Shown here piece by piece: positions 1-13,515 of a stretch of DNA of 64,000 nucleotides (positions are counted from its first letter, which is position 1; every line of letters starts with the position of its first letter). Position numbers and translations under genes: made by a program. Source of the DNA: Lophium mytilinum (Eukaryota); contig MU004190.1 of NCBI GenBank assembly GCA_010093605.1, positions 1,372,961-1,436,960 of the forward strand. The letters are read 5' to 3'. The notes beneath the pieces were generated by a model, which was not told the origin of the DNA, searched no databases, and was given only the letters and a program-made list of their open reading frames with translations.

Positions 1-60
1 TCACCGTATGTTGCCCTTCCGTCACTTCTTCATCCAAGAGCAACCCTAACACCCTCTTAG

Positions 61-684
61 GTCGGTGATCTACCTATGGGCTCCTACGAGGTCTCCCCCG
101 AGCAAGCCCTCACCTCCGCTATTCGCGTCATAAAAGAAGGCCGAGTGAAGTCTGTCAAGTTAGAGGGCGGGGCGGAAATGGCTCCTACCATCGCCGCTAT
201 CACTCGCGCCGGCATACCCGTCCTCGCCCACATAGGCCTCACCCCTCAACGCCAAAACGCCCTCGGTGGCTTCCGTGTACAAGGCAAATCAACCGCCTCG
301 GCCCTTTCCCTCCTTCAAGATGCGCTCGCGGTACAAGCTGCCGGCGCATTCGCCGTAGTCCTCGAGGCAGTGCCGGCTGAGGTTGCTGCCATCGTCACCA
401 GTGAGCTCAGCATCCCTACCATTGGCATCGGCGCTGGAAATGGCTGCTCCGGCCAGGTGCTCGTACAGGTCGACATGTCCGGGTACTTCCCACCAGGACG
501 TTTCCTCCCCAAGTTCGTGAAACAGTATGGCAATGTGTGGGCAGAGAGCATGCAAGCTATTCAAACCTATGGCAAGGAGGTCAAGAGTCGGGAATATCCG
601 GCGAAAGAGCATACATATCCTATGCCGAAGGCCGAATTGGCCGAGTTTGAAAAGATTATCTTGGAGAAGAGGGAGAAGGTTTGA
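61..684 (+). CDS. ECM31: 3-methyl-2-oxobutanoate (ketopantoate) hydroxymethyltransferase, last exon; 5' part lies outside the window
   Basis: Motifs VGDLPMGSYE, VKLEGG, HIGLTPQ, LGGFRVQGK, PTIGIGAG, PKFVKQY; intron acceptor (ctaac...ttag) ends at 60. Confidence 0.95.
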   Translation, partial: VGDLPMGSYEVSPEQALTSAIRVIKEGRVKSVKLEGGAEMAPTIAAITRAGIPVLAHIGLTPQRQNALGGFRVQGKSTASALSLLQDALAVQAAGAFAVVLEAVPAEVAAIVTSELSIPTIGIGAGNGCSGQVLVQVDMSGYFPPGRFLPKFVKQYGNVWAESMQAIQTYGKEVKSREYPAKEHTYPMPKAELAEFEKIILEKREKV

Positions 685-1454
685 AGATCTTGGGTTGCAA
701 AAGGCAGCAGATTTAAAAAGGCGTAGAGGTTCTGGATACCCTGTTTTTGCATATTGAGCGGGCGGATGCCCTGATTGGTCATAGCATTTGCAATGCATTA
801 GAGCACAAAATATACAGGAGATGGAATAAAAGTCTACATCTGGTTCGTAACCTGTGAGCGCTTTGTTGCATCGTGATGACACTGTCTGAGGTGGCCTAGT
901 GAGACGTCCCTGGCGCTATCTCTGCCTTCTGACCACCGCTCCAAATCGCACTGTGGCTGAATCTGTCTTGACCTAGAGTTTTTAAACCATGCTCACTTTT
1001 GCTCAATTCATGACACCGTCTGAGGTGGCCCAGCGAGGCAACCCTAACAACATCTATATCCTCGAACCACCACTCTGATTCACACCGCACCCGAATCTCG
1101 TTTTCCTCGACCTCCCACATCAGCTCCATACCCAGAACTTTGAATGACATCAGTTCAAGCCCCCTGGGCTCCCTCCCCTCCAAAAATCACACAACATAGT
1201 TACAAGTTATAACGAAATAAACCGTGGGAGCGATCAATCCCGCAATGAACGTGTGCAAGTAGCCACAAAATAAATCACCTTACGTGCACATAACGGCTCC
1301 TTTTTACGTCAAAGATTGCGAGAAAGAAGATCTTAATGTTGAAACAATGGATGAGAGCCTGTTCACCCACCCCTATGCAATGCCCATACCGCTAAATGCC
1401 CTTAGACTCATACCCCCCAAACGCCAAACCCACCCCGCCCTTCCCCAATCCCCC

Positions 1455-2133
1455 CTAACCAAACGCCGGCGTAATCGAATACCCAACCACCAACTCGTCA
1501 TTCGTCTTAAAACACTACTCCCACATTAGCCCCATCCTCCCCTACACCACTTCCTACTCGGCCGACTCACCCGCCACAAATTCCCCACACTCTCATCCGG
1601 CGCCGGCGCAAACACGCTATTCACATAGCAATGCAAGCCCTCATGAGGCTTCAATTTTAGTTTCGCCCGTAGTGACGAGATGATGACTTCGAAGTTGTTG
1701 GAGGACTTCATCCAGAAACGCCGCTGCTGCAGGGAGGGGGCGGAGCCGACGGGGACGACGCGGATGAGGACTGGGGGGTGTTAGGGGGAGCTTGACTGTG
1801 TGGCTGGTGCGGAGGGATGAAAGGGATTTATGGTGAGGATGTGTGAGGATGTTGGCGTAGGTGTAGCCGATTTATTTTCTTGTGGATAATGCCAATATGT
1901 GAAATGAAAGACACGAATGGAGATAGAGAAGAGAGAATGAGTTAATGAAGAAAAGCGAACGTACCTTTCGCAACCCCCAACTCGCCCGCCCCCTCCAACG
2001 CCTGCGCCGCGTCGCGGGGTAAGCTAGTCAGCACGACCGACGCAGCCATGGAGAGCGGGATATCTGTGGCATCGTCCTCGCCTTCGATGTTAAGGTTGGC
2101 GGCAATAGAGGATTCTGGGGACGGAGAGGACAT
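1455..2133 (-). CDS. ATG12: Ubiquitin-like autophagy protein Atg12, 3 exons
   Basis: PLSMAASVVLTSLPRDA, PVGSAPSL, CYVNSVFAPAPDESVGNLWR; last exon CFKTNDELVVGYSITPAFG* ends in the conjugating Gly. Confidence 0.93.
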
Positions 2134-3236
2134 CGTTACTGGTGGTTCCGGATGTGCTTCAGTAATGGCGGGATACCGTGGAATAGAGTTGTATTCAATA
2201 GAAGCAAGAAGTCTTGAGCTTGCAGGAGCTTGAGTCGGGTTGGTAGGTCAGTGGACGATGCGATGTTGATGTGGTCGAGCTGAGTTGATGTTGGAAGATC
2301 GATGTGGTTAGGCGGGTGCCTGGGAAAGTTAGCGTCGCCCTGCTTTTACAGGACTGAGTGGCGTTTTTTAAATGGTGAACGTGTATGACTAGTTGCGGAT
2401 CTGTATAACCTCCGGTATATACACAGCAATACTAGGACCCTGATTTAGGCACGTCGTTCTTTTCGTCCTGTCCCAATTTATGTCGAGGTGCTTCAGCACC
2501 ACAGACAGCGGTGAGTACGCCGATTGGGTGGGAGCTCAAACCATAGCGTCTGAACAATGATGAATTATGGATATTATGTACGTAAGTTACTCTGGTTGCT
2601 ATATTGCTTGTCGACATGCTTCCATCTGATATTGATTAGAGTGCTGCAGCGGAATATCAAATGACTTCGTCACATCAATTATCACCAGCCTCACGAGTCA
2701 CCACAACGGCACCACTTCAATTCAAACCAATACAGCAGTAGATAACCTCTATGTATCTTAGGATGCTTAGAAATAAGACACTAGACAATTAAATACGCCT
2801 TCCAGTAAGCCATGCCAAGCTATGCGTTCATGACGGAGACCTCACCATGCCCCAATACAAAATACTCCCGACACCTCCCGAGGGCACAAGCATCAAGGCA
2901 TGTATACCTATTTTTGCAATAAAAAGCACAAGCGACGCTAAACAATGCAGGTCATAAGATCCCACAGGGAACCACACCAGTTAAAGGAGCCGCCAAAGAA
3001 AGAGAAAAATGCGCCTCTGGAAATGCAGATGCCACCATGGAAATGCTGTGTAGTGGGTATTCGCGAAGATAACACGCTTCCATATGAAGGAGGGCCTGGA
3101 CGAAGGGTAAAAGGTGATAAAGATGACCATTGGTCGTGATTCGTGTCGCGGAATTGGTTCCAGGATAGTCGATGGTGGGATTGCTGATGGACGCTAGACA
3201 GCAATCATGGTGTTTCGTATTCGTTCGTGGACCAGA

Positions 3237-5298
3237 CTATCGACGAACGAGCTGACCGAGAAGGGCGTCGAGTTCTCTCCAGTTGTCTAAAGTCAATGCG
3301 AATTTGCGATGTTTGCGTGAGGTGATATGCTGGTTACAATTAGTACTGTTCTTGAAAGGGTCTGTGAAGAGATACATACCTCATCGAAGTCGTTGAACTT
3401 CTCTCGGCAATTTTCGCAATAGCCGGGCTTCAGCTCCTTCTCCGTTGCCTTCTTTCGACGGACAACGGCAACCTTCCGAGGCAACTTCTCTTCTTCTGAG
3501 AGCGTCATGTCTTCGTGAATATGCGTGAGCGTGTCCTGGGCCTTTCGTTTCGCAGCTCGTGGGGGTGGACCGCAATCGTTGTTGATGGCAGCGCGAACAT
3601 CGTTCATGTAAGAGGATGGTATGCTAGTGGCTGAAGGTACGCTGTTCTTCTCAAGGACCTTCCTCTTCAGCTGATGCATCTCCTTGCTAGTTCCAGCTCT
3701 TGCACCCGGGGCGGCAGCGGTAGAGGATATCATCTGTGACCTGATGGCTGAAGTGACGTTCGATGGTTGGATTCCTGACGCGACAGGTTCGCCTCCAGCA
3801 AAGCGTGGGATGCTCCGGATGCTCGCCTGTGCGCTTCCAAACATAGGCGGCATGCTATCTGGATTGCCACGCTTGGCTGGCACTAATGCGGGAGGATCGA
3901 GTGGTTTGGATTGGTTCAGGAGGCCGCCTGGCTGCCCTGCCGCACTCGTGGGTCGTCTCGCGAGATTGTTGTTCTGCGCCAATATTCTCTTCTCGCCGAT
4001 ACTGACAGACTGCCCATCCTTGGCAGCTTCCATAGCAGCGGCAGCACGAGTCCTGGGTACTGCTATCGACGCTCGTTCAATCCTTGCTTCCGGCTGCTTT
4101 TCCTGGGCGTGAGAGCGCTTCGAGTGATTTGGATCCTCCACAAACGGACACTTGCCCGGCCCCGTAACACGAAACTGTGGCCATTTCCCCTCTTCCTTAG
4201 TCGCTGGTTTGGCATACTCTCTAATCATGCAGGGTCGCGTTTGCTCATCCATGTCATGGATGTAGATGTAGTAACCTCGAATTTGAACCATCTCTTGAGT
4301 GGCAACGGTCAAGTCACGGTCAGCAGGCCCGTTGACCTTTTCGTTCTGGAGTAGTTGCTGGAGATCAATATCTCTTCCTGCCTTGGTCTGGGCAATAGCA
4401 TGTCGACGGGGATGCTCTGGAACCTGTTCGCCGGTGTCCGTGTGGAACATGGTATTCAACATACGCTGGAGCTTCTCTGCCGACCAGATCTTCATGCCCA
4501 TCTCTCTCGCCTTGTGGAGGATATCGCCATTGTTCGTCTTGGGCATTGGAGCCTCGAATGTGAACCGTCCTTTCAAAGATTGAGCTTGAGTCTCGGCCGA
4601 GCGATCGAGGACAGACGGATCAATGGTACGTGACGCTCCCTTTCCTGCATGGTTAGAAGAGGACGTCTGCATTCCACTGGAGCTGGAGCTATCATTTTCT
4701 GGGGGTATTGGACGCGTCGTCACGACGTGCGTGACGGCCTTGGAGAAGAATTTTTCTTCGCGCTGCAAGAAGTCAGTCAACCATCATGATTAAAGATGAT
4801 ATAGTGTGGGGAACTCACAGCACCAAGCGTGTGCGCCTGCCTCGAAGCTCTGCTGCGAACGTCATCGGGAATGCTGTCGAAATAGAAGACAAAGGTCGGA
4901 AACATCCGCTTGTAGTACTTCTGCCATTGTCGTATGCTTTCCAGGTTCTCGTTAGTTACTTTCTGAGGTCGTTCAGATGCCTTGGAGGGCGCCTTGACTT
5001 CTCGGGCAGCTTCAAGCTTCCTCTGGAAAGCATTGGGATTGTGGGTAGTACGTCGGCCCAGACCGTGACGGCGAGCTTCAGCATCGTCGACCTCAACAAT
5101 GAGCTTCTTCGCTGGCGGAGGCTGGCCGTAAGCTAGTTCGCGTTGATCGCCCGCGTGGGAGCGCTGTCGTTTCGAGGCAGCGGCGGCGACGGCTCGGAAA
5201 GGTGAGTTGGCGGCATTGGGGATGTTTGCCAGCGGGGCGCGGCGGCTCGTCATGGTGGAAATGACCTGGGGCGAGGGAGGAATGGACACTGCTGCCAT
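3237..5298 (-). CDS. DBF4: Cdc7/Hsk1 kinase regulatory subunit (Dbf4/Dfp1/NimO), 3 exons
   Basis: Motif N (WQKYY..FPTFVFYFD, EEKFFSKAVTHVVTTR), motif M (YIYIHDMDEQTRPCMIREY), motif C zinc finger KPGYCENCREKFNDFDE|HITSRKHRKFA. Confidence 0.92.
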
Positions 5299-6029
5299 CC
5301 GTATGGATAGCTGAAGACAGCGTGTGCCTGGTGTTGGTGGTTGGTTGAAAGAGGGAGGGGCAGGTCGAGCTTCCAACACGCGACTTGCTCACGTCGAGGC
5401 GGCGGCAACGTTACGCGGTGGACATGGCGGGCAGAGGAGGGTGAATGGTAGTGAAGAGGTGCTCCCAGCAGACAATTGAACGAGTGACAGGTAGATGGGA
5501 GCAACGCAGGGCGCGGAGGTGAGTGCAAGAGTGGTTTGTGATTGTTGTGGATGCGGCATCTGGGTACTGGGACGAATGCTCGCAGCAGTCGCGCTAGTCT
5601 TTGTCAGCTCTCCCCAGCAACCATGTCGCGCCTTCCTCCACCATCAATATCAACAGTGCTGCAGCTCCACAACACCAACCTCTTTGGCATTGACTGTGTC
5701 ACCACGACCACAGCTCACTCCCGTCATGTTATTATTGCATAGCGAGCACGCCAAGAAACTTCTGTTAGGTGAAGAGCAACACAGCTCCGCGAAAACATGG
5801 TCACCCCTCACGTGATACGTCATTCAGAATAAGCAGAATTCTTTTCTCCGCGCATGGACTACCTCCTTACATTGGAACATTCAAGAAACTCGTAACTGCG
5901 GCTTCTTTCTTTGCCTAGTAAGAGTCATTATTACATTCATCCACCTTTTGACCACAAATCGCAAAGTCACCCTAAAGTGAAACCGGAAACCCCATTACTT
6001 CACCCAAACATGGAACATAGCTCATGTGC

Positions 6030-9000
6030 TTATCGATGCGAGAATCCAACGAATCTGTCGTATTCGCTCGGATCGGTTCCCAGGAAAGCAGCGCGTTCGT
6101 CGTTAAGAGACGCTTTCAGAGCCTTGCCCACCTTCTCAAATTTGAGCGTGTTGTCGTCATCGTCAGCCAGCAGCCCGTAAGCTTTTGATATGGCGAACGC
6201 AGATCTGCAAGCAGCGCCGGTTTGGTTTTCACATGTTTCGAGGATTAGGAGGGCCTCTCTGAAGTACTCACTAGAATTTTGTTAGCGCAACGCGGCTAGA
6301 TGGACGAACGATTGGGGGGTGGAAACGCCTTACATAGACGTATCAATGTCTCCCTGTTCTTGTACAACAACCCCAAGCTTATGCAATGTCAGCCCTGTAT
6401 AGCTATGCTTCGGCATCAAAGCTTGTCGAAGGCGAAGACACTTTGACAAGGCATTGAAAGCCTCGTCCAGTTGGCCCTGCTTGTGGTATATATTACCAGC
6501 ATAAAATAAAGATCTGTATCAACGTGTCAGCAAGCTCTAAGTCTGCCCATGGGAACTTTACATAGCCATCTGGGCACTCTCTTCACCTCGTAATCTCCGA
6601 ACGGCCGCCATCGCCTCTGAAACGTACGCTAGTGCGTTGACGTAGTCCCCCAAGAGGATGTAGCATACACATGCGTTATTCAAGTACACATCCTCGTTTG
6701 CGTCTATGTCCGGCCTTTTGAGTAGACTGAGGATCAGCGGCAGAGCCGTCTCTGGCTTTCCTTCGGCCATGGAAGATATCGCAAGATTACCGTCGGCTGC
6801 CGCAAGCCATTTATCATCGTCTAAGTTACCCTTCCTACTGTTCGCCAGCCGCATAGCCTTGATCTTGGAGTGTAGGGCCGAGGCGTCCTTTGTTCTGCCG
6901 GTTTCGTAGGCCACTGAAGCCTGGACATTGTACAGGTGGCTGAGCTGGTCTTTGACGTACCATGCGCTGTATCCCAGATGATTGTTCCGGAACAAAGCGT
7001 TCTCGCATATCAGGATGGCATCGGCTGCCAATTGGTGTGCGATGGGCATATCACCCCGCTCGAAGTAGTACCTAGGATCATTTATGATTTAGCCGCAACG
7101 TTGAAGAAGAGTGGGTATGCCTACCAAGCGCAGCGTGAGGTAACCTCGCAGAGCAATATCGGAGACTGGACATCCTCCTTTACCCACTTGTATGTTTCCA
7201 ATAGCGCTGCTACTTGACTGGAGAACTCCTCGCATCTCTTCCACTCAGAATGCAGAGGCTCGCCGTCGCCTTGCTGCGGAAAGACACCATTCAGATGGAA
7301 CTGAAGTTTGTTGAAAGCTACCACTCTCCGATCTCGCGGCATATAGTTCAGGACGCTAATTTGAACAAGACGATGGCAACTGATACATTCGGCTCCCCGC
7401 TTTCGTGCAACCATCGATCGTCCTATCAAGGCCGATATTGCTTGATCAAGCCTATATGCCCATGAGTATCCAGAGATAAAACGCTTATATGAGGTTAATA
7501 CTCACCGGGAAACATCTGTGAACGTTGAGTCGAGATACCTTTCAAGACAAGGAATCTCGTCGGGTTGGTCTGGACCTTCGCAAAGCCTATACAACGTTTC
7601 ATGTCAACATTGTCTAAGAATGTAAAACTGGCGCCAAATTGAAACCTGTTGCGCCTTCGTGTAGCGCATTAGGGCATAGAATATGTGAAGACTACTGACA
7701 TTTTCTGGTGGTCCTTAGGCATGAAAAGGGATAGTGGAATACCATCTGGATCCAAGAGGGCAACCATATCCATCAGAAGCACGGCCCTTTCGGCGAGGCT
7801 GGGATTTCCATTTGCCGTGAAACTACCCAGGCTCCAGGTCTTGTCCAGAGATTGCTCGTAGTTTCCAAAGCTCTGGGAGTGAACTTGTTCATCGAACAAG
7901 AATGCTCTTTCAAAGTCGGGTTGAGCTGTCAGAAATTGAGTCAAGCTGAGTCGAGCAGAATAGATGTATCTTCCAGTCAAGAACACAGCAAGAGGAACGT
8001 TCCCTACAGCACCAGTGATAGCTTCAGCGGCACTTTGCTCCTCTCGGGATACAGCACTTTCTCCGTCAGTTCCAAATTTTAGAAGTAAGTTTTGCGCCTC
8101 GGAGGCAGAGAATGGCAGAACTTCAATCGCTGCTGTCGGCCCTCCGAGGGGATGGGAAACGGCTGGATTGCGCGATGTGACGATGACTGCGCCGTAAGAT
8201 CCGGTAGGCCAGAAAGGTTTGAGTGAATCTGACGTCTCCACATTGTCGTAGATGATCAGCCACTTGCATGGGCGGTTACCTTTGCATGATAATTAGCACC
8301 ACCTCTTAGAAGGATGAGGGAGACGTCTACTTCGTTGGCTAGCCGCGCTTAACCATCTCTTCAGCGCTTCACATCGCTGATGTGAACTTTGCACGCTCTG
8401 GTCAACTATGCCAATTTCACCAGAAAGGGAAGAAAATGAGTCCGATAGCTTCGCAGAAGTTTCTGCAGCTACCCACAAGATAGCATCATAGTACCTCTGG
8501 TAGCGATAGGCATACTCTAGGGCAATTTCGGTTTTCCCAATGCCGCCTGTCCCGTGGAGGCCGAGTACGAGGAGCGCTTCCGGCAAGACTCCTGGTCGCA
8601 GGTAAGCCTTCAATCTACTTAGCTCGGTGTGGCGAGCATGGAACTGTGGGTTTCTGGCGTGAGGGAGATTATGGAACGGATACTCAAGAAGAATCATTGT
8701 CGGCTGATGTCCACGAACAAGCTTCAATTCATCAAGTATCAGATGCAAGCCTTCGTGCAGCGATTGGTGATTGATTACGTTCGCTTCTTGATCAACCCAT
8801 GCAGACGAAGTCTTTAGTCGTTTTATTCGTATCCGAGTCTTTTCTTCATACGATGAATCGAAGGGTTTGACAAGTAAATTACCTTGGAAGTTAGTGCCAC
8901 GACTTGAGAAGAGCTGGAATGTAACTCACTCAAGGACCTTTGTGTACAGAAACTAACCGCATCTTGACAAACACCTATGACCTCGGCGTAATATTCCACC

Positions 9001-9621
9001 AGGGCCTTTCTCAATGGACTTACTTTGGCTCCGGCCAGTTCGACGAGTTGAGTGTAGTTGCAAAACCGCGGTAAGGCTCGATAAAAGGCGTCGAAAGCAT
9101 CAACGATTCTGCTCAGCACACGGGCATGTCGTGCAGATAGCTTTGAGAGTAAGCTTCAGAGTCCAGACACCTCTTTTCCAAAGGCAGAGGAGATGGAACC
9201 TCGGCGTGCTCGGGGAGAGGGGCCGACCAAAGAAAGGTGCAGAAGTGGAGACAGTCGACTAGCTCAGAAGCTAAATTGAAAGTACAACCTGACCGCTGCC
9301 CAATTCTCAACCACAACAAGGACTCACCTCCAACACAAAGCAAATCGATCCCCAAATCAAAGCGAAAATCCCTGGGTCAAACTGTAGGAACACTTTGACA
9401 ACCTCGGAGAAGGATTGGATGGTGTCTAGGAAAGGTTGTGCTCGATTCAATGCCCGAATAATAGGACGGCTAGAGTACCGAGATCGTAAAACCTCCGTTC
9501 TCTCCAGTAGGGAGTCCAGGTCCGGGGTGAGTAGAATTTGGTTGACTCTCTTGGCTGGCAACGTGTCCTTGTAGCTTTGTAGAGCCTCTTTCCAGATTTT
9601 CTCACATTGGTCCATTTTCAT
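6030..9621 (-). CDS. Fungal NLR-like protein: N-terminal helical (Goodbye-like) domain, NB-ARC, TPR repeats; multi-exon
   Basis: P-loop GLHGTGGIGKTEIALEY, Walker B KWLIIYDNVE, VIVTSR, GNVPLA; TPR-like C-terminal exons ending EYDRFVGFSHR*; N-terminal IFALIWGSICFVLE. Confidence 0.85.
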
Positions 9622-10069
9622 TACACAATCTCACATCGGGAAGTTTCACAAAGCGGAACGTCTTGATATTCAGTGTCTCGTACAGGCTATGCTATCAAAC
9701 CAGTCTTCCCGATACTATATCACAGGCCATATGAGCTTAAGAAAGAGCTGGAATCGTAAAGTCCCAAGGCATCTTCAAGGCGCTCACGAGGCATTGCTAG
9801 TAGCCATGTGTCTCTTTCTAAGTCGTGCATATCATGTCCTTCAGACAGGGCTCCTACGCCAAATCAAATCCCAGTTGCAGAGGTACACAAAGAGCGACCG
9901 AGATCCAAAGGATGCCTCGCAATCTCAACGCCGATGCATGAGCTTCGTCGTTCATTTATACGTCAAATACACTTGCAGGTCAGCTTGGGAATTAGCATGG
10001 ATCTTCGTACCTACATCATCGCAGAGGGGAACGAGTTATGCTGGCGCTCCCGCTACCAACACATCCCTC

Positions 10070-10240
10070 TCACTTTTCATCCGGAGGTTTCGTAGTGCCT
10101 TGGCCGCCGCCACCTCCTCCTCCTGAAGACCCTCCTCCACCGGTCGTACTGTCCCCAGGCTCGGAATTATCAATCGGTTCGTTGGTGTACTCTGAAGGCG
10201 AGGTATTGGGGTTATGGTGAGGCTCCGGTAACGTCATCAT
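10070..10240 (-). CDS. Putative 56-aa Gly/Pro-rich micro-ORF (below the ORF-track cutoff)
   Basis: Hand translation: MMTLPEPHHNPNTSPSEYTNEPIDNSEPGDSTTGGGGSSGGGGGGGQGTTKPPDEK*. Confidence 0.35.
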   Translation of the reverse strand: MMTLPEPHHNPNTSPSEYTNEPIDNSEPGDSTTGGGGSSGGGGGGGQGTTKPPDEK

Positions 10241-11760
10241 CCTGATGGTGGTGTACGAGTGGCTATCAGAAGGTTGGGTATGCTTTTGAAAGCCTCGGTG
10301 AGACTGAAGCCGGTGAGTACGCCCTGAGAATGGTGCAGCTTTAAGTGTGCATCAGCATGAGGCTTAAGAAATGGCCGGTCATAACTGCACACGTAGGTGG
10401 TGAGTCGGCGCTATCCTTGGGTGGTGGGAGGTGATTTGGGGTGGCTTCCTTTGCTACACAGCATCTGAAGGCCTCGGACAGAAGGCAACCAATAACAGGC
10501 CCTTGGATGCTATCGGGCTCTTGAAGACGTAGGTCATTCGAGACGCACATCATCCTCAGCCCTGCCGACCCCTCATCAACTGACCAATAGGCATGATAGT
10601 GCATATTTACGATCATTCGCCACCACCAGCAGTTGCGGCTGGAATTCCTTTGGGCTCACGTTGGGCTGACATGGTCTGAATTTCGGGGATACACAGGCGG
10701 GTTGTGTTTGGCTTCGAGCTTGGGCTGTGAAGAAGGCAAATAGCCTGCGGCTGACAAGAATTCTAGATCCGGGTGATCGCGATTACTCTCCACGCGTCGG
10801 ACCGAGCCTAAAGGCAAATACTACGTGGGGACGTGGGAGCCATTATGACCGTACACGCCCGAGCCCAACTTTGTACTGGTTGGCCGCGTGGGAGGTCCGG
10901 ATTTCGGAAATCTACTTACCAATTGCGTCTTACCTTAGCTTAACCCAAAAGCTTTGCACCGTCTTCGAGAAGCTGGTAGAATTACTTTTCTTACACTCAT
11001 CATCCTTCAGTCTTACCTGAGCTGATTTATCAGATCGATTGCGATACGACGATCCTCAAAGTCTCTGGACTGGTTCACGCATCTAGACGTTCTCCGTTCT
11101 CGACGAGATTGCGCAACAGACTTGCGGATAACTAGGTAAATGCTCTACGCGACCCGTTTTCTCAACTCCTCAGACTTGATTCCGACCGCAGACTCTGAAC
11201 TCGTCGGCACCGCTTCTATGTTGAGATGCGGCGATTGAGATATCGGGTCCCGGCAGCTCGGCACGGCAATTGCATACCACAAACACAACTCCAAATTACG
11301 AAAAGCTCTGTACTACCTTTCTCTAAGAGTTGGAGTATCTGAACAAGACGGTGTACTCCGTGGGTTCGTCAATATACCTAGTGCTTGATGTACGTCCTGT
11401 TCAAGAGACTCACATTGAAGTGCATTAACGCTCAGGATCTATGCAATTCATAGCGCCACCGATAATCATTGTCTTAGCTATATTCCCCCCACCCTCCCGA
11501 GCCGAGACAGATCGCAGGGCCGTGCGCTCCCAAAATCGACGCGTGTTGCACGGTACGCGTCAGACTCGCCACAACTCCTTCAGACTATCTCTCCTCATAT
11601 GAGTGCTCGTACATTGGGGGTTTCCCTTCCTTGATTGATTACAATCTCTGACACCACAACGCTCCTATCTCACCGCAACAACCAGCTATACTAGGGCTAC
11701 ATTTCTAGGATTTTGCAGACAGCTTCTAGGGACTTTCTCCATTTATTTCAGGATAAAGGC

Positions 11761-13515
11761 ATGCCCGTTCATGAGAGCCCATGCGTTCACTATGTCAGCT
11801 CAAGTAAGAACATCCTGATTTTAAAGAGCGCAGCTTACGTAAAACAGCAAAGTGTGCTGGACCGCCTGAGATCAGCAGAAGCGACCATTGAAAGAATTCT
11901 AAAATTGTGTAGAGTCCCGTCAATATCGATTGGCATATTACATAATGGAGCAAAAATCTACACGAAAAGTTTCGGATACCGCGACATGGAGAAGCAGCTC
12001 AGCGCCGATGAGGATAGTCAGTACATGCTTGCATCAGTGTCTAAAAATTTCCTTGTAGCTGCAATCGGCATTCTCGTTAGCGCTGGCAAAATGAAGTGGA
12101 CGGACCCAATCCGGCTACATGTTCCGGATTTCAACCCTGTTGGCGACCGACGTATAGGGAAGCATGCGACCTTCACTCAGATCCTGCGGCATTCAGGAGG
12201 CCTTTCGAATCCAGTGGTTTCGGTGCTAGGGCCTAAGGGCACCGTCGTACTTCAGTCAGAGGATTTCATGGAACTCGCCAATACGAGTCCGACAGGTAAC
12301 GACAAAAGTCAATACTATGAGCAAACCTGGGAGTACAGCAACGTAGGGTACGGTGTCGTCGCTCTTGCAGTTGAGAGAATATCCGGTATTCCGTATGCCG
12401 AGTTCATTCAAAAGGAGTTATTGGACCCCTTAAAACTAAACCGAACTGTCGTAACCGAGGAAGGTTCTAAAAGCGACGATAACGTGGCCTATCCTTATGC
12501 TCAATTGGACGACGGTTCTTGGACGAGACTGTCGCACGAGTGGACTTCCGAAAAAAACACTCCAATCCTTGCGGCATTTGGCAAACGAAGCTCTGTGAAC
12601 GACTTGCTACTGTGGTGTGCGGCGATAATGGAGGCGGAAGACCCTGAGAAGAAAGACGAGCATCTTGGAATACTCTCTGATATCGAAAGAAATCCTTTGA
12701 AACAGATGCGAACGATAAGGTGGGGCCACTGGACTCGGCCACATAAAGATAAATTCCAGAATCAATCTGAATATTGCTTAGGATGGTTCCGTGCAGTAAT
12801 GCCATCTTGCCAGGTCTCATGGGGCTCCTATAACACTCCCTTTGACGACGAACCAGACTTATTCGAGTACATTCTGGGAGTGGATTCGCCAAAGAGATTA
12901 GACATCAAGCACACGGGTTTGGGAGCCGGCGTCTCCGTCTCGGTTCACACCTTTCCAGAAAGCCGCAGCGCTGTGGTTGCACTCAGCAATGGACTGAACG
13001 TTGGTGACGCGAGTGATTTTGCAACGCAGATTCTCATTCAGGAGCTCTTCGACCTTCAGCCGCGTATAGACTTTCTACCTCTAGTAGAGCGCGAAGTCGG
13101 GAAGCGCGGTAGAGAATTCGAGGAGACGATAATGAAAGGATGGCACGAACACCGAGATACTTCAGTCGCGGAAAAACCGCACGTGGAATTCGCTGGAGAC
13201 TATAGAGGTCTTGGCATAACGTTGTCAGTCCGACTGAGCGAAGATACGACCAGATTAGAGCTAGTATTCAACGGCCGCGAAGATATTTGCCAGCCTTTGG
13301 AATACTACAACATTGACAAGTATTCATTCATGCCAACAACACGAGACGAATGGTTAAGAGGAGCTTGGCTGGACTGGGACTACTACATGGTTGGGATTCT
13401 TAATTTTCATCGCAACGAGAGCGACGATGTGGATTCACTTTACTGGCAATGGGAGCGGCCGTCACCGGCAACACGGTTCGAAAAGTTAGGGAAAGAGCTC
13501 CTTTTAAGCCAGTAG
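11761..13515 (+). CDS. Beta-lactamase/transpeptidase-like (AmpC-type) serine hydrolase; start uncertain
   Basis: SxxK (LASVSK), YSN (WEYSNVGY), HTG (IKHTGLG), LRHSGGL; long open frame. Confidence 0.88.
   Translation: MPVHESPCVHYVSSSKNILILKSAAYVKQQSVLDRLRSAEATIERILKLCRVPSISIGILHNGAKIYTKSFGYRDMEKQLSADEDSQYMLASVSKNFLVAAIGILVSAGKMKWTDPIRLHVPDFNPVGDRRIGKHATFTQILRHSGGLSNPVVSVLGPKGTVVLQSEDFMELANTSPTGNDKSQYYEQTWEYSNVGYGVVALAVERISGIPYAEFIQKELLDPLKLNRTVVTEEGSKSDDNVAYPYAQLDDGSWTRLSHEWTSEKNTPILAAFGKRSSVNDLLLWCAAIMEAEDPEKKDEHLGILSDIERNPLKQMRTIRWGHWTRPHKDKFQNQSEYCLGWFRAVMPSCQVSWGSYNTPFDDEPDLFEYILGVDSPKRLDIKHTGLGAGVSVSVHTFPESRSAVVALSNGLNVGDASDFATQILIQELFDLQPRIDFLPLVEREVGKRGREFEETIMKGWHEHRDTSVAEKPHVEFAGDYRGLGITLSVRLSEDTTRLELVFNGREDICQPLEYYNIDKYSFMPTTRDEWLRGAWLDWDYYMVGILNFHRNESDDVDSLYWQWERPSPATRFEKLGKELLLSQ

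Noticed and set aside
289..882. Antisense/overlapping ORFs here and over most real genes
   Set aside because: Shadow frames of genuine CDSs, with no motifs of their own
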